From the IMG/VR virus record IMGVR_UViG_3300021387_001390, positions 2,054 to 66,053 of that record: a stretch of 64,000 nt of DNA; one strand, 5' to 3'. The notes beneath the pieces were generated by a model, which saw only the letters and a program-made list of their open reading frames with translations, was not told the DNA's origin and did not search any database. Position 1 is the stretch's first letter. Every line of letters begins with the position of its first letter. Shown here piece after piece: positions 1-7,717 of the stretch. This DNA is from a virus. Lineage: Duplodnaviria > Caudoviricetes. The position numbers were made by a program, and so were the translations under genes.

Positions 1-506
1 CAGAAGCACAGATTGCAGAAAAACAGGTTAAGGAAATTGAAGCTATCAAGCAAAGGCTTGAGCAGGATAAAGATGCCTTAAAAGAAGCTATAGCTCTTGT
101 TAATTCTCACACTCTTTATAAAAGAGTAGATGATGAATACCATAGGGGCTGCTATAGATATGTCTTGGCAACTGAGGAAATGCTTAAGAAAGATTATTTG
201 GGAGAGCCTAAATCATCCTGGGAAAAAGGCATATCCTTTGATTATGATTCTTATAAAGGGCGATATAATCGAGGGATTATGGTAGTCAACGGACATGACT
301 ACTACGATATTCGTTATGCACTTATGTCCTATGAAAAAACTATCCAAGATAAGAAGTCCAGAGTCGATGACCTTAATTCAACAATAAGGGATTTAGAAGA
401 AGAACTAGAAACGTTAAACAGAAACTATCCTACTTTAAAGCAGGCAATTACCGAGTGGATGGAGTATCAGAGCAAGAACGAATCTGAAGGTCAGGAGGAA
501 CAGTAA
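1..506 (+). CDS. Hypothetical coiled-coil protein, 5'-truncated by the window edge
   Basis: The frame of ORF 165..506 is open back to position 3 (EAQIAEKQVKEIEAIKQRLEQ...), so the TTG at 165 is internal; the stop overlaps the next ATG. Confidence 0.7.
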   Translation, partial: EAQIAEKQVKEIEAIKQRLEQDKDALKEAIALVNSHTLYKRVDDEYHRGCYRYVLATEEMLKKDYLGEPKSSWEKGISFDYDSYKGRYNRGIMVVNGHDYYDIRYALMSYEKTIQDKKSRVDDLNSTIRDLEEELETLNRNYPTLKQAITEWMEYQSKNESEGQEEQ

Positions 507-919
507 TGAGCTTATATAATATGATTTATGGATTTAATCCATGCTGCGTATATCTGATGCCAATGTTGGATAGAAAACAGGATGAATATCCACGTTTCAG
601 GGATTGTTTCTTATCAGAAGATAGCAAACATATTGACATTTATACAAGGGTAGGTGGAGGCAATAGAGGCCAAGGGTATGGTGAAGAAGAACTATATAAG
701 GATGAAAACTACGTGGAAACTTTTGATGATCCGGAAGATTCTACCTATGCTACATACCGTTTTAACCCACCTAAAAAGTGGAAAGAAGACTTTGACCGTA
801 TTGCAAATCGTGAGTTTGACAAGGTCTCCGATGCGTACGTAGACCATGTCAAAGCGTTTTATCCTTTATTAAATGAAAAAGGCATGATCGATATGATGTT
901 TAAAAGAGGTGCTGAATAA
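506..919 (+). CDS. Conserved phage hypothetical protein
   Basis: 137 aa, SD AGGAGG upstream, coupled to the previous stop; motif YTRVGGGNR. Confidence 0.75.
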   Translation: MSLYNMIYGFNPCCVYLMPMLDRKQDEYPRFRDCFLSEDSKHIDIYTRVGGGNRGQGYGEEELYKDENYVETFDDPEDSTYATYRFNPPKKWKEDFDRIANREFDKVSDAYVDHVKAFYPLLNEKGMIDMMFKRGAE

Positions 920-921
920 TA

Positions 922-1086
922 ATGGGAGCTTTATTTTTTTTGTTGGGGTTATTTATTGGGGGAATATTGGGATTTGGACTAGCAGCACTAATGACTGCAG
1001 CAAAAATAAACGAGGAAGAGAGTGAAAAGGATGTCAACAATATCAGCAATTATGAGAGCCCACTTAGTGGCACAAAAAATGCGTGA
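922..1086 (+). CDS. Small membrane protein (54 aa, MGALFFLLGLFIGGILGFGLAALMTAAK...), not in the ORF track
   Basis: ATG at 922 after GAGGTG; N-terminal Gly-rich TM helix; TGA at 1084-1086 overlaps the next ORF. Confidence 0.65.
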   Translation: MGALFFLLGLFIGGILGFGLAALMTAAKINEEESEKDVNNISNYESPLSGTKNA

Positions 1087-1286
1087 AGAACAGGGGGATA
1101 ATAATGAGAAGAAACAAGAACCAAGGGGAAGAAAAACTAAAAAACAAGATTGACGAAGCTATAAAAGAGATAAAAACCTACGGTATTCAGGATAAATATG
1201 CAGGAATTATTGAGGGTAATCATTACGGTTTTATCGCAGTTGTTGATGTACTCACTATTCTTGAGAAAGCCATGAGGGCAGAATGA
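1083..1286 (+). CDS. Hypothetical protein
   Basis: 67-aa ORF in a tightly packed operon; the true start may be the downstream ATG after GGGGA. Confidence 0.55.
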   Translation: MKNRGIIMRRNKNQGEEKLKNKIDEAIKEIKTYGIQDKYAGIIEGNHYGFIAVVDVLTILEKAMRAE

Positions 1287-1720
1287 TGGATTTAGGACCA
1301 CAAATCCCATTAAACGTACTTAGCAAGACTAAAAGAGAACAGGAAAATACTTTGGCAGAAGTAGCCGCAATGATCAATAATTCCGGTATGAACCGTGGAC
1401 AACGCCGTAGACTTGAAAAGGCACTTAAGAAGACAGAGACTATTACATCTCATTCACAAAAAAAATTAGATAAATCAGCTTTTAAGGAATACCAAAATTG
1501 CTTGGACCAAAGTATGACTCATTTCTTTGCAGCTATGGCTATGTGTATGTATGAGCAGTATCACTGGAAAGAAGATGACACACATGATCAGATAAGTTCC
1601 TTGATGGTCAGGCTTAGCAGAACAATAGACAAGTATGCTGCTCAAGGATATACTACAGAAGATCTTACTAAATTGGTTGAAGACAAGACGGGTATTGTAT
1701 TAGTCCCGGAAAAACACTAA
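1283..1720 (+). CDS. Hypothetical protein
   Basis: 145 aa, overlaps the previous stop (ATGA), GAGG SD. Confidence 0.7.
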   Translation: MMDLGPQIPLNVLSKTKREQENTLAEVAAMINNSGMNRGQRRRLEKALKKTETITSHSQKKLDKSAFKEYQNCLDQSMTHFFAAMAMCMYEQYHWKEDDTHDQISSLMVRLSRTIDKYAAQGYTTEDLTKLVEDKTGIVLVPEKH

Positions 1721-1738
1721 GGGGGATAAAGAAACATC

Positions 1739-2929
1739 ATGATGACATATGAAGAGACATTCGGGGACTTGGAAGACAAATCAATCTATCTTGATAATGC
1801 AGCTACTACGCCTATCCTTCCCGAAGTATATTATAAGATGGAGCCATATATAAAGCTTTTTTATGGTAACGCATCTTCTAAATACAAACAGGGAGAAATC
1901 TCAAAAAGAGCCATAGAAGAGGCTAGGAGCATAATTGCAAAAGCTATAGGAGCTGAACCAGAAGAGATATATTTTACAAGCGGCGGATCAGAGGCCAACA
2001 ATTGGGTTATAAAAGGTCTACGTAATAAATTTAGGTTCAGGCCTATGCATATTATCAGCACGGAATTTGAACATCATAGTATTCTTGAATCTTTAAAGTA
2101 CAGATGGAATGAGTGTGAAGATATAGAATATACGCTTATTAGTCCTGAAAGATCAGGCGTGATAAGTGTGCAGGATTTAGCAGAAGCATTTAAGCTGAAT
2201 ACAGAACTTGTATCAGTAATGATGGTAAACAATGAGCTTGGAACAATACAGCCAATTATAGATATAGGGCAGAGGTGTGCAAATAATGGTGTTATTTTTC
2301 ATACTGATGCAGTTCAGGCCTTTGGACAACTTCCAATTGACGTGGAAAAATTAAACATTAGCATGATGAGTATGTCCGCACACAAAATACATGGTCCAAA
2401 AGGAGTTGGAGCCCTGTATATCTCCAATGGTATAAAAAGCCGTATGAATCCACTTATACACGGCGGACAGCAAGAACGTGGAATGAGAGCATCTACAGAA
2501 AACGTTGCAGCCATTGTGGGGTTTGGTAAGGCTGTTGAAATTGCCATGGACAGAATGGAAGAAAACTTTATACATAAAACAACCCTTCTGAATTACCTGA
2601 TCGAAGAAGTCCAAAAGATCCCTGACGTTTATATAAACGGCGAGGTAGAGTATAACGATGGACATCATCTCAACGTAAGGATAGATGGTGTCAGGTCAGA
2701 AGAACTGATGGCTATGCTTGATTCAGCTAATATATATATTTCTACCGGTTCTGCATGTAATTCAGAATCTAAACAACCATCGCATGTCCTTAAAGCCATC
2801 GGACTTACTGACAGCCAGGCCAATTCATCAATAAGAATAAGCATCAGTGATCTGACTACTAAAGAAGAACTGACTACATTTTTAGAGTATCTGAAACAAT
2901 TTATTAAAATATTGAGAGAGAGGAAATAA
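1739..2929 (+). CDS. iscS: Cysteine desulfurase (IscS/NifS, class V PLP enzyme)
   Basis: YLDNAATT, FTSGGSEANN, HTDAVQ, PLP lysine motif SAHKIHGPKG, catalytic STGSACNS. Confidence 0.95.
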   Translation: MMTYEETFGDLEDKSIYLDNAATTPILPEVYYKMEPYIKLFYGNASSKYKQGEISKRAIEEARSIIAKAIGAEPEEIYFTSGGSEANNWVIKGLRNKFRFRPMHIISTEFEHHSILESLKYRWNECEDIEYTLISPERSGVISVQDLAEAFKLNTELVSVMMVNNELGTIQPIIDIGQRCANNGVIFHTDAVQAFGQLPIDVEKLNISMMSMSAHKIHGPKGVGALYISNGIKSRMNPLIHGGQQERGMRASTENVAAIVGFGKAVEIAMDRMEENFIHKTTLLNYLIEEVQKIPDVYINGEVEYNDGHHLNVRIDGVRSEELMAMLDSANIYISTGSACNSESKQPSHVLKAIGLTDSQANSSIRISISDLTTKEELTTFLEYLKQFIKILRERK

Positions 2930-2931
2930 TA

Positions 2932-3123
2932 ATGGGGGAAAAGAATAAAACACATATAGACGACTTATATGATGCACAAGGTTTTTTAAAGAAAACAATC
3001 AAATTACATCCGGATTTCTTAAGACCGGTTTATCAGTATACGTCAGCTGAAATAAGAAACCACCAAAGAGAGAATACTTTTGTGGGAAAGTCGGTCAAGG
3101 ACGATAGCTTTCTTTTTTTGTAA
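2932..3123 (+). CDS. Hypothetical protein
   Basis: 63 aa directly after iscS with GAGAGG SD. Confidence 0.5.
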   Translation: MGEKNKTHIDDLYDAQGFLKKTIKLHPDFLRPVYQYTSAEIRNHQRENTFVGKSVKDDSFLFL

Positions 3124-3140
3124 AACAAGCATAAATTAAC

Positions 3141-3170
3141 TGTTGCAATAAATGCAAATAAATGATAAAC
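3141..3170 (+). promoter_or_regulatory. Sigma70-like promoter for the RNA island
   Basis: TTGCAA-17 bp-TAAACT with an extended -10 TG, upstream of a long hairpin and tRNA-Gln. Confidence 0.5.
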
Positions 3171-3358
3171 TAAATTGTAGATGAGAGCTATCTTTAGTCA
3201 ATCTTGTTTCTTGCAAACAATGAAAGGCTAATCCATTTAGAATCTAAAGCCCCTAAACTTTATGTTCTTTAGCGCTCATCTACATTCTTTTAGGGGAAAT
3301 TTAGGGGCGGAAAAAGGGGCTGACTCACACAAAAACTAAACGAAGTGTATATGAATCT

Positions 3359-3430
3359 TGGGCTATCGCCAAGCGGTAAGGCAACGCACTTTGACTGCGT
3401 GATACGGCGGTTCGAATCCGGCTAGCCCAG
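3359..3430 (+). tRNA. trnQ: tRNA-Gln(TTG)
   Basis: TGGGCTA/TAGCCCA acceptor, ACGCA-CT TTG AC-TGCGT anticodon arm, GGTTCGAATCC T arm (one T-stem mismatch); no encoded CCA. Confidence 0.92.
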
Positions 3431-3431
3431 T

Positions 3432-3643
3432 TTGCGATGAAGGGGTTTGGGACCCCACCCTCACGGGAGAGGGCTGAAGGTAATAAGGCACTTGGCTAAA
3501 CTGAGAACACGTTCCTTAGACTGAGGCGTGCAGATAACTGAGAGTAGCTAGTTGAAGTAGCAAATGACTAGTCATCATAAGCGAATAAAACAGGCTCACA
3601 ACGGATAAATATCTTCCTCTCCGGTTCGATTCCGGACTCGCAA
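3432..3643 (+). ncRNA. 212-nt tRNA-topped structured RNA (acceptor-like ends + T arm, large non-tRNA body)
   Basis: TTGCGA(3432-37) pairs with TCGCAA(3638-43); T arm TCCGG-TTCGATT-CCGGA (3620-36); internal hairpins; no D/anticodon arm. Confidence 0.55.
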
Positions 3644-3646
3644 TTT

Positions 3647-4145
3647 GGAAGTGTTCGCCATAACATGATCCATCTATAATGCCTGGGAAGACAACACTAG
3701 AGAACTGGGGGGTTGCAATCCGTCTTGGACGGTAAACGCAGGGGAGTTGTCATTGATGTGAGTGGTTATCATATCTAATAGCTTGTTAGCTCAATTGGGA
3801 GAGCACCGTGCGCACATAAAAACAACGAGATGTAAATAGAGGTTCGAGTCCTCTATACGGAATTACCGCATAACGGTAGTGCATTTCCTATAGTAGTGTT
3901 AAACTATCACACCAACTGCTAGAAACAACTTTTCAGAGTATATGTTGACGTTCTGTTCAGTGATGGGAACAGAGGATCTATATGTTGTGGAGCATATTCG
4001 TTTTTAAGTACCGTTAACATATACAATGATCACTAGCTCTAAGTTTCGTCCATGCAACTAAACCGGCTTGGATAGGTTTTTAAGAGCTAACAGTCTCCGG
4101 TGCAAATTGGTGCTTTGTCTTTCATTGGGAAAGAACGGAGACACT
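3647..4145 (+). ncRNA. Large ornate ncRNA, ROOL-like (GOLLD not excluded)
   Basis: ~500 nt without a credible ORF between tRNA-like genes; many helices (13-bp GTATATGTTGACG/CGTTAACATATAC, TAGCTCT/AGAGCTA, GTCTCCG/CGGAGAC, CCGTC/GACGG); the 5' segment ACATGATCCATCTATAATGCCTGGGAAGACA resembles ROOL 5' ends as recalled, not verified by search. Confidence 0.5.
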
Positions 4146-4147
4146 AA

Positions 4148-4223
4148 CGCGGGATGAAGAGCAACGGACGCTCGACGGGCCCATAACCCGATTTGTATGC
4201 AGGTTCGAATCCTGCTCCCGCTA
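4148..4223 (+). tRNA. trnfM: tRNA-fMet(CAT), initiator type
   Basis: Unpaired C1, GGG/CCC anticodon stem around CC CAT AA, GCAGG-TTCGAAT-CCTGC T arm. Confidence 0.88.
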
Positions 4224-4482
4224 CTGTCACTAGCCAAGGTGACAAACAACATTTTCACACTGAAGGCCAGACAAGCTTTCAAAAACACACTTAAAAACTT
4301 CCAAGGATGGCAGAGTGCCACAGCTCTGTTGTCCAATCGCCACTATTGCAAACGGTGGCACGGCCTAGTGTAATGTATTTTTCTTCAATCAGGCCAGTAT
4401 CTCCAAGAAGGTGCGGTGTCATAACTGTTCCTTCTGCTAGCCATAAATCCCCCTAAGATTTATTGGCGTACTCATTCATTAT

Positions 4483-4652
4483 CAAGCCGAGCGTAAACCC
4501 CTAGCTTTAGCTATGGGGATATACGCAAACTGCACTGTAGGGCATACAGGAACAGTATAATCTAGCTTGTGGAGTCCGTATAAGACTTAACAATAGTTAA
4601 GCGGTGGACGATGAAGCAAGAATCCCCTGCCTTCAGGCATGGGGAGTGTCAA
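4483..4652 (+). mobile_element. 170-bp non-autonomous IS200/IS605 derivative (PATE-like) retaining a TnpB right-end RNA scaffold
   Basis: Follows TTAT (4479-82); left hairpin CCCCTAGCTTTAGCTATGGGG; right end AAGAATCCCCTGCCTTCAGGCATGGGGAGTGTCAA ending in TCAA; no transposase. Confidence 0.8.
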
Positions 4653-4845
4653 CTATTAGGTCTCTTCCTCAAGGTAAGACCTTCCGTCTGTTCCAGCCGT
4701 GAAGAACGAACAGGCATTGTTTACCAAAATGGCTAGGGCGTATCACAGCTCCCTAGCTGTATCGTTAGACTTAGTTCTAACAGTTTTTCTTAACAACTGG
4801 AACGGTATTGCAATACCGTTCCAACCCCTCAAGAAAGGATATGAC

Positions 4846-4959
4846 ATGAATCCTAATGATATTTGCTGGGAAACTGGCAACTATAGCGATAATTGTTGTT
4901 GCGCAACATGCGAACATTCACATGAATGCAGTGGTTCTGACGCAGATGATGACGACTGA
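4846..4959 (+). CDS. 37-aa Cys/His-rich acidic microprotein (MNPNDICWETGNYSDNCCCATCEHSHECSGSDADDDD)
   Basis: SD AAGAAAGGA precedes the ATG at 4846 (the track start at 4699 lies in hairpin-rich DNA); 6 Cys, 2 His. Confidence 0.65.
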   Translation: MNPNDICWETGNYSDNCCCATCEHSHECSGSDADDDD

Positions 4960-4989
4960 TAGTAATTAAAAAAAATGGTTTACACAGAA

Positions 4990-5036
4990 GATCTTATAAA
5001 GACCACAAGGCGTCTTTGCATTGTGGTTTTCTTTTG
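4990..5036 (+). terminator. Rho-independent terminator-like hairpin
   Basis: AAGACCACAA...TTGTGGTTTT followed by a T-run. Confidence 0.5.
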
Positions 5037-5066
5037 CAAATAGAAAGGGAATAAAAGGGAACAATA

Positions 5067-5825
5067 ATGACATATAAAACTATATTGAAAAGAACGTTAC
5101 TTTTGGCAGTTATCATATTTTTATGGGAAGTAACCTCTCAGAAAGTGAACAATCTTTTTATACCAAAGCCTGAAAAAGTATTAGCTGACCTGATTATGTC
5201 AATTAAAAATGGCAGCTTGCTGATGGCGACAGTGTATTCTCTTAGAAGAATATTTATTGCAACCTTTTTGTCATCGGCAATTGCAATCCCAATGGGGTTA
5301 CTAATATATAATGTTTCCATTTGTAATGACATTTTCCATCCAATAGTAAGTGTGATCAGGTATCTTCCGGTAACAGCTTTTTATCCATTGCTTATCATGT
5401 GGTTTGGAATCAACGAGACCATGAAAATTGCATTTCTTTTCATTGCAACATTCGTGTACATGATGCCTTCGGTTCTTTTGTGTCTTGATGAGATAAATCC
5501 GGATCTTATTAACACGGGTAAAACACTTGGAATGAATACATTTCAATTAATTACTAAAGTACAACTTCCGGCGACGCTGCCGTCAATACTTAACAGCTTT
5601 ATAGTAATGATAGGTACTGGATTTTCATACCTTGCGGTTTGCGAAACAGTCAATGCAAGATATGGCCTTGGATGGATGATACAACAAAACTCTTCAAGAG
5701 GCAGAACAGACATGGTTTTTATGGCTATCATAATAATCGCAATAATGAGTGTCATATGTGACAACCTTGGATTGTATTTAGTTAAAAAGATATTTGTATG
5801 GAGGTATTTGAAGTCAGATGATTGA
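5067..5825 (+). CDS. ABC transporter permease, NitT/TauT (TauC/SsuC) type
   Basis: Six hydrophobic segments; EAA-loop-like GKTLGMNTFQLITKVQLPATLP. Confidence 0.9.
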   Translation: MTYKTILKRTLLLAVIIFLWEVTSQKVNNLFIPKPEKVLADLIMSIKNGSLLMATVYSLRRIFIATFLSSAIAIPMGLLIYNVSICNDIFHPIVSVIRYLPVTAFYPLLIMWFGINETMKIAFLFIATFVYMMPSVLLCLDEINPDLINTGKTLGMNTFQLITKVQLPATLPSILNSFIVMIGTGFSYLAVCETVNARYGLGWMIQQNSSRGRTDMVFMAIIIIAIMSVICDNLGLYLVKKIFVWRYLKSDD

Positions 5826-6453
5826 GCTTAAGAATCTTACAATTGGTTACTCGAAAAACACACCTCTTATAAGTAACATCAATTACAAATTTGAAGACAA
5901 TAAAATATATGGAATATTAGGAAAGTCAGGATATGGCAAGTCTACACTTCTTAAGACCATAGCAGGGTTACAAAAACCTCTGAGCGGAGAAGTAGTGATA
6001 GATGGCAATACAGTTAGAAATGCTAGGACTTCCGGAGCATATATGATGTTTCAGAATTACACTTGTTTTGATTGGCTAAGGTGCTTAGATAACGTACTTA
6101 TTGCACAGAAAGTTCATGGTAGTATTTCTGAAAAAGATATTGAAGATGCAAAGAAATGGCTGAATGCGGTTGGGCTTGGTGATGACCTGGAGAAATATCC
6201 GACTCAGTTATCCGGTGGAATGAAACAAAGGCTTGCCCTTGCACGTACATTGTTTATGAATCCTAAAGTAGTGCTTATGGATGAACCACTGTCAGCCTTG
6301 GACGAAAAGACAAGAACTGCCATGCAGGATCTTATCATTGATGATCATTCACATGATAAAAACATTATTATTATGATTACTCATAGTCACGAAGAAGCTG
6401 AAAGAGTTTGTGACGCGGTAATAGATTTTGAAAAGGGAGGTTTTAAAAACTGA
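5818..6453 (+). CDS. ABC transporter ATP-binding subunit (TauB/SsuB type)
   Basis: Walker A GKSGYGKST, signature LSGGMKQR, Walker B VLMDEP, H-loop ITHS. Confidence 0.95.
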   Translation: MIELKNLTIGYSKNTPLISNINYKFEDNKIYGILGKSGYGKSTLLKTIAGLQKPLSGEVVIDGNTVRNARTSGAYMMFQNYTCFDWLRCLDNVLIAQKVHGSISEKDIEDAKKWLNAVGLGDDLEKYPTQLSGGMKQRLALARTLFMNPKVVLMDEPLSALDEKTRTAMQDLIIDDHSHDKNIIIMITHSHEEAERVCDAVIDFEKGGFKN

Positions 6454-6456
6454 ATA

Positions 6457-6960
6457 ATGACGAAAAAGTTTAATGTTGGTTTTTATGGTGGAAAGTTCAT
6501 GCCATTTCATAAAGGTCACGATTATTGCATTAGAACAGCACACGAATTATGTGAAAAGGTATATGTAATCTTGTTTTTTGGTGGTGATGATGAACTCAAA
6601 ATTCTTGATTCGGCACCGGATGAAGACAAGGAAATGCTTTCTCTTGATAGCAGAATGAAACATCTAAGAAGCGTATGTGAGGCATATCCTAACACTGAAA
6701 TTCATGTAATCGATGTCACTAATGTGAAAAAAGAAGATGGTTCAGAAGATTGGGATGGAGAAACACCGTTGGTATTAGCAATAACAGGGAAAATGGATGC
6801 AGTTTTTTCATCAGAACCAAGCTACGATGCTTATTTTAGCCGTGCTTATCCTTGGGCAAAACACATACTAGTTGATCCACCTAGGGAACATTATCCAATA
6901 TCGGCTACAAAAATAAGAAATATGAAAACACAGGAGGAGAGAAAAAAATGGATTCTTTAA
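6457..6960 (+). CDS. NadR-type NMN adenylyltransferase domain (stand-alone, no kinase domain)
   Basis: GGKFMPFHKGH (HxGH), VFSSEPSY, VDPPR...ISATKIR; adjacent to pnuC. Confidence 0.8.
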   Translation: MTKKFNVGFYGGKFMPFHKGHDYCIRTAHELCEKVYVILFFGGDDELKILDSAPDEDKEMLSLDSRMKHLRSVCEAYPNTEIHVIDVTNVKKEDGSEDWDGETPLVLAITGKMDAVFSSEPSYDAYFSRAYPWAKHILVDPPREHYPISATKIRNMKTQEERKKWIL

Positions 6961-7712
6961 AAACTAATATGAAAAAGATTGGGGACAGTTTAAGGTCGCT
7001 AAAATGGTACGAAACCATCATGTGTATAATTATGATTGTCATTTCCGTCTATTATGCGATTAAACCTCAGGAGGGATGTCCGCAATGGCTGGCAATAATC
7101 AACTTGGTTTCAGGAATATGCGGTGTTATATGCGTGTTTCTCACTGCAAAAGTAAATAGGATGAACTTTCCTTTTGCAGTAATCAATACTACTGTATTTA
7201 TGATTTATCTATTCTATTTTGGAATATGGGCTACATTCTGGTTAGAAGCAATTGTTTATTTCCCTATGAATATTATTTCCTGGATAAAGTGGTATCAGCA
7301 CAAAGACGATGACAACAAGCTTCTTACCAAATCAAAACGCCTTACACCACTGCAAAATGTGCTTGTCACCGGAATAATTGCTGCGATAACAGTAATAGTT
7401 CATTTTACATTACAGTTTATTGCCGGCAATACATGGATGCGCTTTGCTGAAAATTATGGATGGAATGTAGAAATCATGAAATGGTTTGATTCCACTATCT
7501 TTGCGATTGGTATTGTGGCAGTAATACTTGAGGCACTCAGATATACTGAGCAATATGTATGGTGGCTTATCACAGATGTGATTGCGGTTGCTCAGTACGT
7601 ATTAAAAAAGGATCCAGTATATACAACTAAAAAAACTATTTATCTTATCGAGGCAGTTATTGGCTTAAAAAATTGGAGTACATTAGCCAAGAAAAATAAA
7701 GAAAATGAATAA
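6948..7712 (+). CDS. pnuC: Nicotinamide riboside transporter, PnuC family
   Basis: Multi-TM protein with GVICVFLTAK-NRMNFPFAVIN and EQYVWWLITDV motifs; overlaps the NadR-like gene. Confidence 0.85.
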   Translation: MDSLKTNMKKIGDSLRSLKWYETIMCIIMIVISVYYAIKPQEGCPQWLAIINLVSGICGVICVFLTAKVNRMNFPFAVINTTVFMIYLFYFGIWATFWLEAIVYFPMNIISWIKWYQHKDDDNKLLTKSKRLTPLQNVLVTGIIAAITVIVHFTLQFIAGNTWMRFAENYGWNVEIMKWFDSTIFAIGIVAVILEALRYTEQYVWWLITDVIAVAQYVLKKDPVYTTKKTIYLIEAVIGLKNWSTLAKKNKENE

Positions 7713-7717
7713 GTATT

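Noticed and set aside
3432-3643. Call as canonical tmRNA
   Set aside because: No GGGG 5' end or G3-U70 pair, too short, and no plausible degradation tag
4058-4336. 92-aa ORF on the - strand
   Set aside because: Antisense to tRNA-fMet and structured RNA, no SD
4405-4416. 9-nt match (TGTCATAAC) to the predicted guide of element A
   Set aside because: Not preceded by TTAT and too short to be significant
4699-4845. N-terminal extension of the Cys-rich ORF
   Set aside because: GTG start without SD inside hairpin-rich DNA; the ATG at 4846 has a strong SD
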